Position numbers and translations under genes: made by a program
Notes under the pieces: generated by a model
The model's database searches: none
Told to the model about the DNA's origin: nothing
Seen by the model: only the letters and a program-made list of their open reading frames with translations
Assembly (NCBI GenBank): GCA_013239625.1
Contig: MU054098.1
Span: 2,233,104 to 2,297,103 of the forward strand
DNA: 64,000 bases
DNA from: Lama guanicoe
Taxonomy: Eukaryota
Reading direction: 5' to 3'
Shown: in pieces, positions 13,165 through 26,840 of the stretch
Numbering within the stretch: position 1 is the first letter of the stretch
Layout of the letters: every line of letters begins with the position of its first letter

Positions 13165-13766
13165 GATTTGAAAACCCCTAAACACTTTGAACAGTGTTGC
13201 CAACATAGCGGGTACTCAGTAAATATCTACTAATAAAAAGTAGGCTTGCCTTTCTCCTTTTTCCCTTCCAAGGAACTCAGAGGTTCCTCTTTGCCACTCA
13301 AAATGTAGGGACCTTATGCATTCACTTGACAAGCATTTACTTACTTATTGTATGCTTACCATGTGCTGTGAAGGCCTAAAGTAAGGACCCCATTGCCTAG
13401 ATGACTGGAAGTCTGAGTGGGAGCTTCATAGCCTTATATAGATGGCCTGAGTTTTATTCCCTTTCTATAAGGAAGCCCCTAAGAGTGGGAGACATGCCTT
13501 CAGGAAGGATGTTTCTTAATACAGAATGAAGAGCAGCACCTGCTATCAAAATTTAAGCTACACCCTAAAGCCAAAAGCTAATAAAATATCTTGGCCTAGG
13601 GTAGACACTTTGTGGGACTCTGCCTGTGGTCCCATACATGGGGCTAAAAGCTGCACAAACAGGGCTTCTGATGACAAGAAGGATTCTAGGAGATATACAG
13701 CCTGAGCAGGAGCTGCCATAGCCCCATCATTTCTTTCCTGTTCTTTGCCATAAAGTGTTAAGTGGG

Positions 13767-14340
13767 TACATAGCTCAGACATGGAAGCAACCTAAATGTC
13801 CATCAACAGATGACTGGATAAACAAGTTGTGGTGTATTTATAAATGGAATACTATTCAGCCATAAAAAAGAATAAAATAATGCCATTTGCAGCAACATGG
13901 ATGGACCTAGAGATCGTCATTCTAAGTGAAGTAAGCCAGAAAGAGAAAAAATCATATGGTATCATTCATATGTGGAATCTAAAAAAAAAAAAAGACATCA
14001 TCTACAAAACAGAAACAGACTCTCAGACATAGTAAACAATCTTAAGGTTACTAGGGAAAGGGGGTGAGAAGGGATAAATTTGGGAGTTTGAGGTTTACTA
14101 ATGTTAGCCACTATATATAAAAATAGATTTTAAAAAAGTTTCTTCTCTATAGCACAGAGAACTATGTTCAATATCTTGTAATAACCTTTAATAAAAAATA
14201 CAAAAACAAATATATGCATGTATATGCATGACTGGGACATTGTGCTGTATGCCAGAAATTAACACATTGTAATTTACTATACTTCAATAAAAAAAATTAA
14301 AAAAGGAAAACAAAAATAAATAAATAAATAAATAAATAAA
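13767..14340 (+). mobile_element. Young 5'-truncated lineage-specific L1 3' end
   Basis: MEYYSAIKKNKIMPFAATWMDLEIVILSEVSQ ORF2 end, 3' UTR, aataaa and an A/(TAAA)n tail. Confidence 0.92.
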
Positions 14341-14716
14341 TTTATATTAAGAGGGAAAAAAAGAATACAGACAGGAGGCACTCCAGGTTTATGGAAGATC
14401 AGAATAAGTTTGCAGATCTACTCTAAGTGCCACATGTACATATACTCCAAATACTTGTAGCACATGATTCACTCCAATACTCTTGAAAATTGGCTTAGGT
14501 TATTGAGATCACATACATCAATGTCCGGTTTTTATCAGCCATATAATTCTAGTAATGCCTCATTTATTCAGCTGGTCCACAGAAGAGAGTCTTCTAGATC
14601 ACTAAAGCTGATCCCTTAAAGTGTCAAAGTATACACAAACACTCAAGCTTGTAAACTCGTAAGCTTTAAATAGACCTCTGAGTTTATCTAATCCAAATCC
14701 TTCATATTATCTAGCC

Positions 14717-14944
14717 CAAGGTTTCACAACTTTGGTACTGTTGACATTTTGGGCCAAAAAACTCTTAGTTGAGGGAAAAGAGCTCTCCTGTGCACTGTAG
14801 GATCTCTAGCAGCATTTCCAGCCTCTACCCACTCAATGCCAGTAACACGTCTCCCCTCTGAATGTGACAGCCAAAATGTCTCCAGACATCATTGCCAAAT
14901 GTACTCTGGGTGAGGGACAAAATCTCCCCTATTGAGAACCATCA
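14717..14944. mobile_element. MER20-like hAT MITE
   Basis: caaggtttcacaac ... tgtctccagacatcattgccaaatg ... ttgagaacc. Confidence 0.85.
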
Positions 14945-15074
14945 ATCTAAATTCCTCATTTGTAAAACAGGGAAGCTGAATTTGATTTCAAAGTTAGTGA
15001 ATAGCTAAGTAGGGACTACTCAAGAAAATGACACTACCACCATCTAACCACTGCCTATACAAAAAAAAAAATTG

Positions 15075-15790
15075 GATGTGATTCTCAACTCCTTTCTTTC
15101 CTTCACCAGATATTCACAATATCCTATCAACACCATTCCTAAGTCTCTTTCAAATCCACCTTATCTCCATTGATATGGCTTCCATTTTCTTTCACCTGGG
15201 TCACTAAAACAGCTGCCTAACCACACTCTCCATCTCTAGTCTTGCTCCCTCCAATCTATTATCCACAATGTAGTGAGAGTAAACATTTTAAAATTTAAAA
15301 ATTGACTAATGTTACTTAATAACATAAAACTCTCCAGTGGCTTCCCATTGTCTTTATGAAAAACGTCAAACATTATAAACTGTTATTTGGCACTTACCCA
15401 TCTTTTTCTTCCTACTTAACTAACTCATATTTCCACAAATATACCATATTCTCTTTCATTTTCAGTCTATCATATATGATGTCACCTCTGCATAGAAATA
15501 TTCATCTCCACTTATTTTGGTTTGGCTAACTTACTAACTTAAACATCATATCCTCTGTTAAGCCTTTCTAGAATGCTCATGTCCAGGTTAAGTGTCCCTC
15601 CTATGTGGTCTCAGCACCTTGTTAATCCCCTTCTCACCCTGCATGTTAATTGACGGTTCCCTTGTCAGTGTCTCCCACTAGAATATCTCCAAGGTGGCAT
15701 GAGCTATGTCTCATTCGCCATTCTATCCCCAGTGCCTGGTACATAGCAGTGCACTGAATTCATATTTTATGAACGAGAGAATCAGTGGAA
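15075..15790 (+). mobile_element. L2 3' portion
   Basis: 'ctccagtggcttcccattg' and 'ccccagtgcctggtacatag' followed by a degenerate atgaa tail. Confidence 0.8.
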
Positions 15791-17044
15791 GAAATGAGAT
15801 TTCTGAGTTTCAGTGGGTTGCTTTTTTCATTACAATGTTCTGCCTTCCGTTAAAATTACACACAAATAGAGGTCTATGCTTACTTAAAGAGAAAATATCC
15901 AACATAATTTGGTTTGACATAATTTGGTTTTTTTATTCCTGATGATTTAGTGCCATCATTAAGCATAGTATGGTCCTTTCATGTAATGATGCCTTTAGGG
16001 ACACTGAAGACAGGTATTACTATTTGCCTTGACACTCAAAGGTGCCTAATAGTTGAAGTCTTCCATTCCTGGGTCTTTTTAGTTCTCACTTTCCACTCAT
16101 GTGTCGTTTCTTGCAACTGTCAGCATGACTGACACTAATAACCTAGCAATAGGAATGGGAGAGTCCTATGCCTTGTTCCCTTCCTATTTTGCTGCTTCTA
16201 ATCCACTACAGACAGGGAAAGAAAATGTCCAGTTCTGCTAGAACTGTATACAGAATAAAACTATGTTGGCATGGGGTAAGGATAAAGGAGTTTTCTTCCT
16301 ATGTAAAGAATGTGAGTATTAGGGCATGTAGCAGCTGTTGTGACCATTAGTAGTGCTTTGTTCAGCTTCCTTGCCCCACAGCTGTGATCCAGGCAGGCCA
16401 AGTGGCCTGAAAAGCAACTGTCTAATCATCTCCATTACCACCAGAGAAGGGAGCCCACAACCTGCTTGTTGGAGTCAGAATGGGCCTCTCAGGATCCCAT
16501 TTCAGGGCTGGCCAAAGCTGCCTCAGATCAGACCTCCAGCCTTGCCATCTGACACTTTGGGTCCTCAACCAAGGAAGAAAGACTCATCATTTTTATTCTA
16601 TCAAGTATACATGGGAAAAGAAGTCATAGGTATTATTTGTGAATGCTGCAAATGCAAACAGATTTGAAATTTGCACAAGTTTATGGAGTGTGGATACATA
16701 AAAAAGGGAGAGCTGCCTTCAAAAGAATAATTTGGCAGGCAGGGGTGCATGAAGAATGTGTGTCAGACAGCCTGGGAAGGCAGCCTAGCATATTGATGAA
16801 ATAAGCCACTGAATAAATAGATACTTAACTCCAGAGAGCAGAACAGTTGTCCGGATGGAGAAGCTTAATTGCATGAGCGTACAGCCTGCAGTAAACTCCA
16901 GGATCACACCTCCTCTTTCCCCAGAGGCAGCTGCTGGGCAAGGAGTGGACTATGGTGTGTTTGGAGCTTCTAAGAAGCTACCTGCCAATGCATCTATCTG
17001 CGTTTGTGATCTGTGTTACATATGTCAGGTCTGGATATGGTGAT

Positions 17045-17250
17045 GAGGATGGTGATCATATAATTATTACCTTTTTTTGAATATTCTACTTCTCAGAGTA
17101 CTAATCATATCCATTATTTCTTTTTCAAGAAGAAAACCAAGACATAGCAAAAATAAGTGACTTACTCAAGATCCCACAGCCAGGGCAGAGCAGAGCTAAA
17201 ATGAGACTCAGGTCTGCTGACACTCCTTCACTTTCTACCCAATTACATCG
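17045..17250 (-). mobile_element. MIR
   Basis: 'aagtgacttactcaagatcccacagc' is the MIR core in reverse orientation. Confidence 0.65.
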
Positions 17251-18054
17251 CCTCAACGATCATAATTTATTGACATCATTTAATGGCCAAATGAAAGACA
17301 CCTCTCTGGTTCTTTCAGAAAGCTGAAAATGCTTGTGGGTTACTGCAAGCCATAGCTCAAAGCAGAATCTAAGTTTCCAGGAGGACATCAGAAGTGAAGG
17401 AAAGGAGGGTCTTGAATTCAGTAGGTCTGCACCAGAGAAGACGGGAACTTCCTGAACAACCAGAGGAGCCTCGCCAGGAGTACAGACTGGAATCATAAGG
17501 GACATCTGGCTTGAATAAACAGGGAAGGAGGACTTTATGGGATCAGAGATAGTCATAACTGAGAGGACAGAGTATGTGCTTTCCCCAGGTTGGATAAAGC
17601 TGGACCTACTGACTATGTGGTTGTAGTTTCTATCTTCCTAATATCCTTACACTTAAGCAGGTAGCCTGGGGTGACAGAAAGAGCACAGAGGTGAAAGGCA
17701 GAAGATCTAGGCCAGAAATCATGAGCATTCAAGTCAAAAGGGACACTAAAGGGCAAGTTTTTCCATTTGTGGGTCAGATAGATCACAGATATTGACATTA
17801 AAGTCCCTGGGTAGTTCCTTCTACCTTTAGTCAGGTGACCTTCCCAGGGAATCTACAGACTTCTCATATTAACTTAAAGAGGAGCCAAAAGTATTTCACA
17901 TTGGTGGTTTGAAGACCTTCATCCACAGTGGCTAAACCCTTACATAACTGAGTGTCTCCTAGCCAGAGGAATGACACCCGGCAGAAATAAATTGGAAGGG
18001 GCTTATCCCTGTATATGGTCCTGGGAAGATTGGTAGGAAATGATTGGTTTCCTA

Positions 18055-18548
18055 TAGCTCTTAAGACAAAGTATAAATAAATTAATATGGCTCTTTTATG
18101 ATTGGACCCCAGTCAGTTTTTCCAACCTAATCTCTCATCTCCCTCCCCTGCAGTGTGTTCCAACCAGACTACTATTCTTCTCAGTTCTTTGAAATACAAA
18201 TCTCTCTTTTGTCTCTGGACTTGTGTGTATGCTATTTCTTCTGCCTGGGACTGTCTTCTCACCCTTACCTTCTCCCCTTGGCATATTTCTACTGATCCAC
18301 TAGGCATCAACTTAAAAGTATTTTCCTCTGAGAAGCTCTCCCTGTCTCTACCCAAGACTGGAATAGGCACTTTCTCTGTGCTCCTTTACACAATCACCTC
18401 CCTATCATCTCATGCCTTGTATAGTGATTGCAATTCCAGGTAATCTTTATCAGACTGGAAGCTCCATGAGGGGCTCCATCACTGCTGCATACCTAGCACA
18501 GTGCATGACATACAGTAAAGCCTGCAATACATCTTAATTGAATTAATA
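18055..18548 (+). mobile_element. L2 3' portion
   Basis: 'gactggaagctccatgagg...cctagcacagtgcatgacatacagta'. Confidence 0.75.
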
Positions 18549-18858
18549 ACAATAATTTGACCTCAGAAAATGTGTCATGTCATAAAGCATCCATGGCAGT
18601 AAGTCATCTAGACTTTGTTTAACCCAGCTATTCTCTTTTCTCCATCTGCTGGCTGTTTTATTATTTATATTTCTTCTTCATGCTCTTACCTCTCTTTTTA
18701 TACCAGTTTCTGCTTTCTACTGCTTACCAATCTCCATAGCTGCTCAGAGATGCTTCTATTACTCCTCCTGCCCTTCCCAGCAATGATCCATGCTCTGGGA
18801 CCGATCTTTACCCTTTGTACTCCTACTACCATCCCCTCTCATCAAAAAGATCCATCTT

Positions 18859-18902
18859 AACTAACACAATATTGTAAATCAACTATACTTCAATTTAAAA
18901 AA
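18859..18902 (+). mobile_element. Ultra-short L1 3' terminus insertion with TSD
   Basis: 'aactaacacaatattgtaaatcaactatacttcaatttaaaaaa' flanked by atccatctt at 18850-18858 and 18903-18911. Confidence 0.85.
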
Positions 18903-20561
18903 ATCCATCTTTCCCCTCCAGATCTCAGATTTATATCCAGATGTTATACTGGAATGCAGTTCAAAGTTACAAAGTCATGCCAAGATGCTGATGTCCAACC
19001 CAACAACTGCTCTAAGTCTTAGAACTTCCAAATGATTATATATAGTCCATTTCTGAAGCCCCAGTGCCATAAGCCAGCGAAATAAATCTGTGATACTGGA
19101 ATCATGGTCAGACCGCATGTTTATGAATGGATGCTGGTGGGGAATGGTGGACGTGTTGAGAAGGGCATGCCCTTCAAACCATACAATGACCAAAGCAATG
19201 GCTTATATGGTCTCACTGTGATGATCGTCTTGGGCTGGGGAAACAGTGGAAGAGAAAAGCCAGGTCAATCACACTTACTTCTTTGGGAAGAGCTTAGAAC
19301 CTCAGCTAAAATTAACTTTACAACTATTGGGCAAAGTGGATTTCCACTACCCATGTTCTTCTTGTTTCATTCAACAAGTTCTACTAAATACCTGCCTTCA
19401 ATGTCCACAGGACTGAGGAAGTTGATACTAGTATTTCTAAAAAAAAAAAAAATCATTCTTCTCTAATGGTTAACTGAAGCAAATCCCCTCACTAATCAGA
19501 AGCGATTTTGCTCCCCCTCCCTCCTCACCCATCTTCCTGAAAAGTATCCCCCATCAGTGCCTCTGGCTCCCCATGTCGATGTGTATCTTACTGTGGTCAC
19601 CTCCTGAATGTCCTGCTTATGGGTCAGTCCTCGAACTACTGAACAGTTTGTGTTTAATATGGAGACTGTGTCATATTTATGTCAATGGTGCTGAAGGTTA
19701 ATGGTGCTTCAGATAATGAGCTTTATTTGAAAAAAATACAGCAGCAAAGACAGGAGCATCTGAAATTAAAGGGCATGTGACACAGTGCAACTGAACAGGG
19801 AGCAGGTGTCTATTTTTGCAGTGAAATTGTGATTCAACTTCTATCTCTTGCTTGTTTATCTTCTGAATGATTTCACTTAGGATTCAAATATCAGAAGCTT
19901 GCTACTGGTTGGTCTTACTCGGGCATAAGTGTGAACATAGGGCTTCCTGCATCTATGGTCAACTGGCCAACTGCTGTGGGCTCCTGGAGAGGACACCACA
20001 ATAAACAGGGAGTTTATTTCACAGGTGACTCCACCATTTCCCAATTTGTTTCCCTCTTGCCCTTGATTTAACAGCAGTTGTCCTCTTGGGACTAATTTCA
20101 ATGCAGATAGCGCCTTCCCCTGGAGACCCTCCAAGCATTTAATAGGAAGAAATAATGATGTATCTCTTGGTTTCCCTGCAGATAGGAAGGGTCACAGAAT
20201 TTTGCAGAGCTGGTTCATTTCCAAGTCATGCTGTCTGGCATCAACTGGGTCTTTGCTGCCAATCTGCAAGCCTTTTATTGTTTTCATTGACTTCCAAGTG
20301 TTCTCGTCACAAAGTCTGTTTCAGAGCTGATCTCTCCTTAAGTCTCAAACTTACTTCTCTCCCACCTCCACCCTTTCCTGAACAGATAACTTTGCCTCCT
20401 CCTTGCGGAGAGAAAAATGGGAACTGAGGTTTGAGATAAAAGAAGGGAGGAAGGACAAGTTACAGAGTACACATTGTGATTTTGTCATGCAACCTTGGGA
20501 GAAATATAGCTTAGGCCTTGGGAGGTATTTCTGCATGTTTGAGACAAGAGACTTGAGATGA

Positions 20562-20673
20562 CAGGGTAACTAACCATCCTGGTTTGCCTGAGAGGAAGGG
20601 GTTTCCTGGGACATGGACTTTCAGTGCCAAAACCAGGACAGTCCCAGGAAAATCAGGATTCTTGGTTACACTA
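20562..20673. mobile_element. MER81-like hAT-Blackjack MITE
   Basis: Inverted ends cagggtaactaaccatcc / ggattcttggttacacta; internal gggacatggactttcagtg. Confidence 0.85.
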
Positions 20674-20799
20674 GATGTGGGTAAGAGGCTGAGAGAGCCT
20701 ACTGGGAAGGGCATTATAAAAGCAACCCTGGTCTGTGTAGACCCTTAATCTATGTGTATTGTAATACAGCTTATCCAAAACTTTCCTTAGCAGAAGCTT

Positions 20800-21262
20800 C
20801 CCTTGTCCATCTCTGTGATCTCATTTCTTCCTACTCTCACCTTTACTCATTCTGCTTCAGCCACATTGACCTTCTTTCTGTTTCTGAAATACCTCAAACT
20901 TAGCTGGGGATGTTCTCTCTGCCTGAAAATAGTCTTTCTCCAGATCTTCACATGGCTTGTTCCCTCTCACCTTTCAAGTCTTGACTCAATTTCCACATCA
21001 TCAAAGACACCTTCCTTAACCATTCACTGTAAAGTACTTCTCTAATTGGGCCCAGTCTCTTACATGTTATCCTCTTTTATTTTCTTTACAGTGATTAGCA
21101 CTACTGCAAATGACCTTATTAATCTGTTTACTTGTCTTTTGTGTGTCTCCACCACCAAGTGAAAGCTCCATGATGGCAGGAACCATCCCTTTTTTGTTCC
21201 CTTTTCTATCACCAGCACCCAGAGGAGTAGCAAGAGCTCACTATCTGTCTGCTGAGTGAGTG
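20800..21262 (+). mobile_element. L2 3' portion
   Basis: 'cagatcttcacatggcttgttccctc' and 'aagctccatgatggcagg'. Confidence 0.8.
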
Positions 21263-21921
21263 GACAAATCCAAGTGCCTGTGTACCACAAGATCCACACC
21301 TCTGTTGGAGACATTACAGCAGCACTAGCCAAGATATCATACGTCTAGTTTCAGGGTCAAATATGAGTAACTTTTTTGAGGAACATTTACACAAAGAGAA
21401 TCTGAATATGTCTGTGTCCTGCAAATATCTTTGGATCTTAAGTAGTACATATTATAGAGGATAACAACGAGTCTACAGTTATTTAGGAGTGGCATGAATT
21501 ATTAGCAGAAGGTGACTGTCAAAGTTGGGAAATAGAGAAAGAAAGTGAATTTTGCCTCCTTGGAGTGAGGGGTTCAGCAAAAAGACTGGCCCTTCGATTG
21601 GAATTAGTTGCCAGGAAGGAATGTAAATTCATCAGAATTAAGGATAGAGCTTCCTAATTCCAGAAATTTCAATTAACTAGAAATAAGAATATAATTAAAA
21701 GAGAGAGAGATTGAGAGAGAGAAACCAGGGACTTAACAGGAGTCTTAAGCACATTCATGAGGCCAGAACTCTTATCATGGAAGACAACCTATGAGACTGT
21801 CCAGATGTAGCAGAGGAATCTCTCCCCTGCATGGAGACAGTAGAGTATAAAGGTTGGATTATAAGGTAGGGTAAGGAGGAAGCAGAAAGCACTGTGAGGT
21901 TGCTTAGAGAAAACTCTTGGA

Positions 21922-22102
21922 AAAAGCGTCTGCTGTATAGCATAGGAAACTATGTTCAATATCTTGTAATAACCTTTAATGAAAAAGAATATGAAAATGA
22001 ATATATGTATGTATATGCATGACTGGGACATCGTGCTGCACACCAGAAATTGACACATTATAATTGATGGGACTTTAATGAAAAAGAAAAGAAAAGAAAA
22101 AT
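21922..22102 (+). mobile_element. Young short L1 3' end with 14-bp TSD
   Basis: Closely resembles 14140-14290; agaaaactcttgga at 21908-21921 and 22103-22116. Confidence 0.92.
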
Positions 22103-22403
22103 AGAAAACTCTTGGAGTTGCCTCTGAAGAGGGAGCTATCCAATTAGAACCATAACGCAACCCAGAATACTCAGTAAAAAGAATAAAAAGCAAAATATAA
22201 AGTTGTGTTTCGAACTTTTTTGGAGATTGAAACCAAAAAGTAAACTGTAAAAGTTATCCATCCCCATGGGTAAGATGGAGGTGGGGGACAGTGAGAGAGA
22301 AAGACCCAGGGAATGGCTGAAAACAGAGACCCTAGGGACAAGAACAGGAGCAGGGAGACTGTTAGTTGATCTTCTAAATATATAAAGTAAAGTGGTTGTT
22401 AAT

Positions 22404-22450
22404 TGTGTGTGTGTGTGTGTGTTTGTGTATGTGTGTGTGCGCATGTGTGT
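22404..22450. repeat. Imperfect (TG)n microsatellite
   Basis: Direct reading. Confidence 0.9.
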
Positions 22451-24487
22451 TAGCATATACCACACATCCTTTTTTTCCAATTGAAATAGCAACTTATCTG
22501 GAGGGAAATTTTGTCCCCAGAGAAAGAGACAGCTATGCAATTGGGAAAATAAGCTCTCGGCAAATTTTTAAGTGAGGTTTTATGTGAGATTATATGTGTG
22601 TATGGGTTTAAGTGTTGTGAATATGTTCTTCCTTTGTTATGTGCTGGCTCATAAGTTAATTCAAAGTTAATTTGATTTAGAACAACTAAAGGTTTTCTTT
22701 CTTTCTTTTTTTGTTTTTCCTCTGGAACACAGAAAGTACTCTGCCTCCCTAGGCCATAAATAACTCCAGGGACATTGGAATAAGACGCACTATTATGAAT
22801 TGGGTTTCGTAACTATCTTAAATGACTCATTGTGCCTATCAGATTTAATGAAATGCTTCTCCATTTTTTTGTAAGTATAGAGTAGAAAAAAATGTCACAA
22901 ACTCACCAAGAGAGGAATGGAATGAGGGAACTCACTTACCGTAATATTCCTGTGAACAAAAGGCCAAAAACAAATGTTGAAATGAGTTTAGCAAAGGAAA
23001 TCAAAGAACAGAAGTCAGATATATATAGTAATATAGTATGAGGATGGAGGAAAGAGGACAAAAAGTTCAAAGAGCTGTCAAATGAATATAAAAAAGAGCC
23101 AAAGTAAAAACTTAAACTGGATATTTTATGCTCTGGAAGATTTCCTCTTAGCACTATTCTGATCTAGGCCCTCTGGTAAAAAACCAAAAATAAAAACAAT
23201 GGTTGACTGGAGTCCGTGTTGCCATAGGGTATCTATGTTTCTTCTCTATGTTCTGTTATCTTATGTTTTAAACCCAAAACAACATATCCTTAGTGTGAAT
23301 CCTTATACTCTGGATTTGGGTCTTGATACTGGATCCATACATGGAATTCAGCAGTAGAGACCTAAGCAGGGAAGGAGGACTGGGCCTGAAACTTAAGAAC
23401 ATCCTTGTGTTAGCACCCCACAACTTGATTAAAATGGACCTGGAAGTGGACAGGGTGGTGTCAGTGTTGAAACAGGCCAAAGGAGGACAGTCAGTAGTAG
23501 AACTGTTATCTGCAAAAAGATGAGTAGTGAGTAAGGGACGGGAAACATGAAAGAGAAAGACAGAATGAGGCTTAGACAGAAGAGGCTTAATGTATACAAC
23601 TCATGTGAAAAGGCTAAAATAGGATGCTTACATAACAAATATTTCTTTCTCACAATTGCTATTATGATTATTCTGCATTAAGTGTGCATAAGAGCCTGGA
23701 GGCTTTTCCATATTCCTGCAAGAACTACAGTGTGATTCAGTAAATTACTGCTCCCATTTAAAAAAATTGTACCTTTCAAAATGTGTATTAGTTCTGGTCA
23801 GGGGAAGCATATAATGCCTGCATCAGGACACTATGTGACGTTATGGCACTAGGAAAGTAGCCTTCGAGAACCCCAAAACATGCTTCATTATAGAGCCTGG
23901 ATTTCAAAGACTGTTAAAATGGCCAGCCAGTGTTAGTCAAGAGAGAGCTGTCAGAAACACCAACTAAGTGGGAAAAAAAAAGACTTCCTCATTCTTCTAT
24001 AATCCCAGTCAATTGGAGGATGAAAGAACAAGATTATAAAAGCTATGAGGAATAGAAAAAGAAAGATCAGCCCCTCTCTAACTGCAGATACTTGAGCGAG
24101 GGAGAGGGAGAGAGAATATAGGAAACCGAAGGTTTATTTTATATTGGGTAGATTTTTTTATGAACTAAAAAAGTCTTAATGTTCAAAATGAGGTTGTCCA
24201 TATAACTCAAAGTACCTGAACAACTATATACTCTCCCCAGGGGTTACTGTGGGGCAGGAAATGGAGAGTCTCAATAGCATAATTTAATATAATAATGAAT
24301 GAAAAAATAAAGGTATTTCCTGTTCAGATCTCTTCAACTCCTGATAGTTGTTTGTTTATTAATGAGCCAGTTACAGAATCAAAACATCTTCATAAAAAAT
24401 GCCTTTCTTATATTTAACTAAAAAGTATGGTTCTGTAGGTTTGATTTATTGTAGACCTACCAGTTTCATTAGCTAAAAATAGACATT

Positions 24488-25086
24488 TGTAGTTTCATCT
24501 CCAGCAGCCATACTCCATTTTTCCAGCAATGATGCACTGATTGTCCTTTGAGGAATTCACTCCTACCTGACTTGCAGTTACTACAGTTTGGATAGGGTTG
24601 GTTCCACCCCTAAAACCAGAGGTGGACACTGACTGGTCTAAACAAATCAGTAAACCTCATCCCCTTGGCCAAAGTGATTCATTGAAAGATGAGCACTTGA
24701 CTTAATTCATGCCAACTACAGAGAATGAATAGGACTTGTGCTGAAACTATTAAGAAGAAATTCTGTCTCCCCTCTGTGTAATACAAGGAGGGTGACAGGT
24801 CTGTAATTGCAGCAGCCATTTTACTACCATGAGGTGGGAGAGGTTAGAGCTGCCAAGTATCGACCAAGTGGAGTATGAAGATGAATCCAGTACTGCAGAA
24901 GTCAGAGTAGGAAGATGTATGGACGCTGGGTTGTCAGTGACATTGCTTGAGCTGCTGTTTCAAGCTTTGTTACCTCTGGAATTTTAAGTTATATTAAGTC
25001 CTCTCCACATACTCCTTTTATTATATAAATTACTTTGGGTTGGGTTGGGTTTTAATCACTTAAAACATTAAGAGTTCTAATGGATA
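24488..25086 (+). mobile_element. Old MaLR LTR (MLT1H-L-like)
   Basis: Starts tgtag; 'gcagcagccatttt...ccatgagg' and 'gggttttaatcactt...aagagttctaa' match old MLT1 3' ends. Confidence 0.7.
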
Positions 25087-25779
25087 AATTAGTTTTCTCT
25101 TGGTTTCTTTCTATAAAATGGGCCAGTTGACTTTGACCATGCTATATCTGCCACACGAGTGAAATCAGTTGTTTCAGAGATGCAGCCTAGAAATGGATGA
25201 AAGTGAGTTTGGATGACTCAATGAAAACCCATTTCTTTAACTACAAAGAAAAATTTAAAACAGAAGGCCCATGTTCAAGGCATATGAATAGTACTGATGG
25301 TGTAACCCAAGATTTAATTACTTTCTATAATTTTGGGGTCCTGGAGCTGAGGATCATTCCATGTTTAAATGCTTATCTAAGAGTGTTCCTGGTGGTTGCT
25401 GTCTGAGTACCTGAAGTCAAGTTGTATGTCAGTGTTGCAAAGGTCCTTACCAAGCTTATCTGGTACAACAACTTTAATTTGCACATGAGTAAAATGAAGT
25501 CCAGAGAGAAGATGATTATCCCACAGAGTTAACAGCTAAACACCACACCCTGATTATATCAGTATTGTTTATATATTAACATACAACCTCAAAGTTGTAT
25601 AGCCGCGTAGCTCCTTGCATATATAGATGGTTTACTAGGAAAGTTGCCATCAATGCAGCATGCTTGACTTTTTAATGTACATGCTGCCCTTGAAGCTGGG
25701 TGGCTATTGATTTGAGCATAGTGCAGATGAGGTTAAGGGCATGGTTTTCATCCTGTATGTGCTAGTGAGGTAGGCATCA

Positions 25780-26291
25780 GTTATTTTTACTTGCCCAACA
25801 TCATTTTTTCTGGTTAAAGAGCCCACCTCTCTCTTTTGGCTTAATTACCCCTCCTGCCCTCCTGGGTCCAGAAATGGGCAAATAACCCAGGATTAGCCAA
25901 TAAAAGGAGAATATCCTCCTGGCCACAGCAATTTGCTTAGGAGTGAGGGGATATCAAACCAACTGAATCAGAGAAAATCTCGGGACATTTGTTGAAATTA
26001 TTAGAGATAGGGAGCTTATTGTTCTGTTTTGTTTTGCTGTATTTGTTTTGCTAGTAGAATATAAGTTTAGAGATGCTGAAGCTCTCCTTTATCACTTTGC
26101 TGGGAATAGTTTCCAGCACAAGGAAAGTAGAGTTGTGAGATAATAGAAATTTCTAAGGATATTATTTGTATTCTCTGCTCCAGTCGGCCTTATTCCTGAA
26201 ACTTCCGGATATGTGACCTGATATATTCCCCTTTCTTGATTACACTAGCTTCAACTGCGCTTTCCGTCACCAAAAGAGCCCTGACTAACAC
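25780..26291 (+). mobile_element. Old MaLR LTR (MLT1-like)
   Basis: Ends 'aaaagagccctgactaacaca'; internal 'cctggccacagcaattt'. Confidence 0.65.
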
Positions 26292-26399
26292 AGACGTTTA
26301 TCTTTCTCACATCCACAGATGGCACATACAGTAGATATGAAATGTCACCTAGTCAAATCTTCCTTCTTTGAAACTGTCCACATCATCTTAGTCTCTGAT

Positions 26400-26840
26400 A
26401 AAAGGTCATGTTTTGGACTGGGGTGAACATCTAACCCAAGATTTATCAATCCATAAACTGTGCTAAGACAATCATCTGGACACAGTGACTGAATGAATTA
26501 GATAAGGTCATCTCAAGTCAGGCCAGCCAGAGTGGTGCTGTGGCAAGACAAAGTCACTTACAAGCCACAGTTATGAGAAAGCACAGAAACCATGAATCGA
26601 TAGAGATAGCTAATGTGTAAAGAGAAAATGGTGGAACAGAACAAATATACACAAAGAAGAGACCTTGTAGTAAAAAGCAAAAAAAGGAAGACACGGCTGC
26701 CTGGATTCTCTACAAACAAGGTGCTTCCTTCTTGTCACTCCTTCCAGAGCCATGGCCCACATTTATCCTTCTCATAAAATGCCCCTTTGTGATTTAAACT
26801 AGCCTGAGTAAGTGGGCTGCTATTCTTTACAACCAACTGG
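26400..26840 (+). mobile_element. Old MaLR LTR fragment (MLT1-like)
   Basis: 'ataaaatgcccctttgtgatttaaactagcctgagt' resembles an MLT1 3' segment. Confidence 0.5.

Noticed and set aside
15902..15930. Tandem duplication acataatttggttt x2
   Set aside because: Ordinary slippage duplication.
19104..19466. 120-aa ORF in unique sequence
   Set aside because: No recognisable domain, runs into L2-like and A-run sequence, no convincing exon structure.
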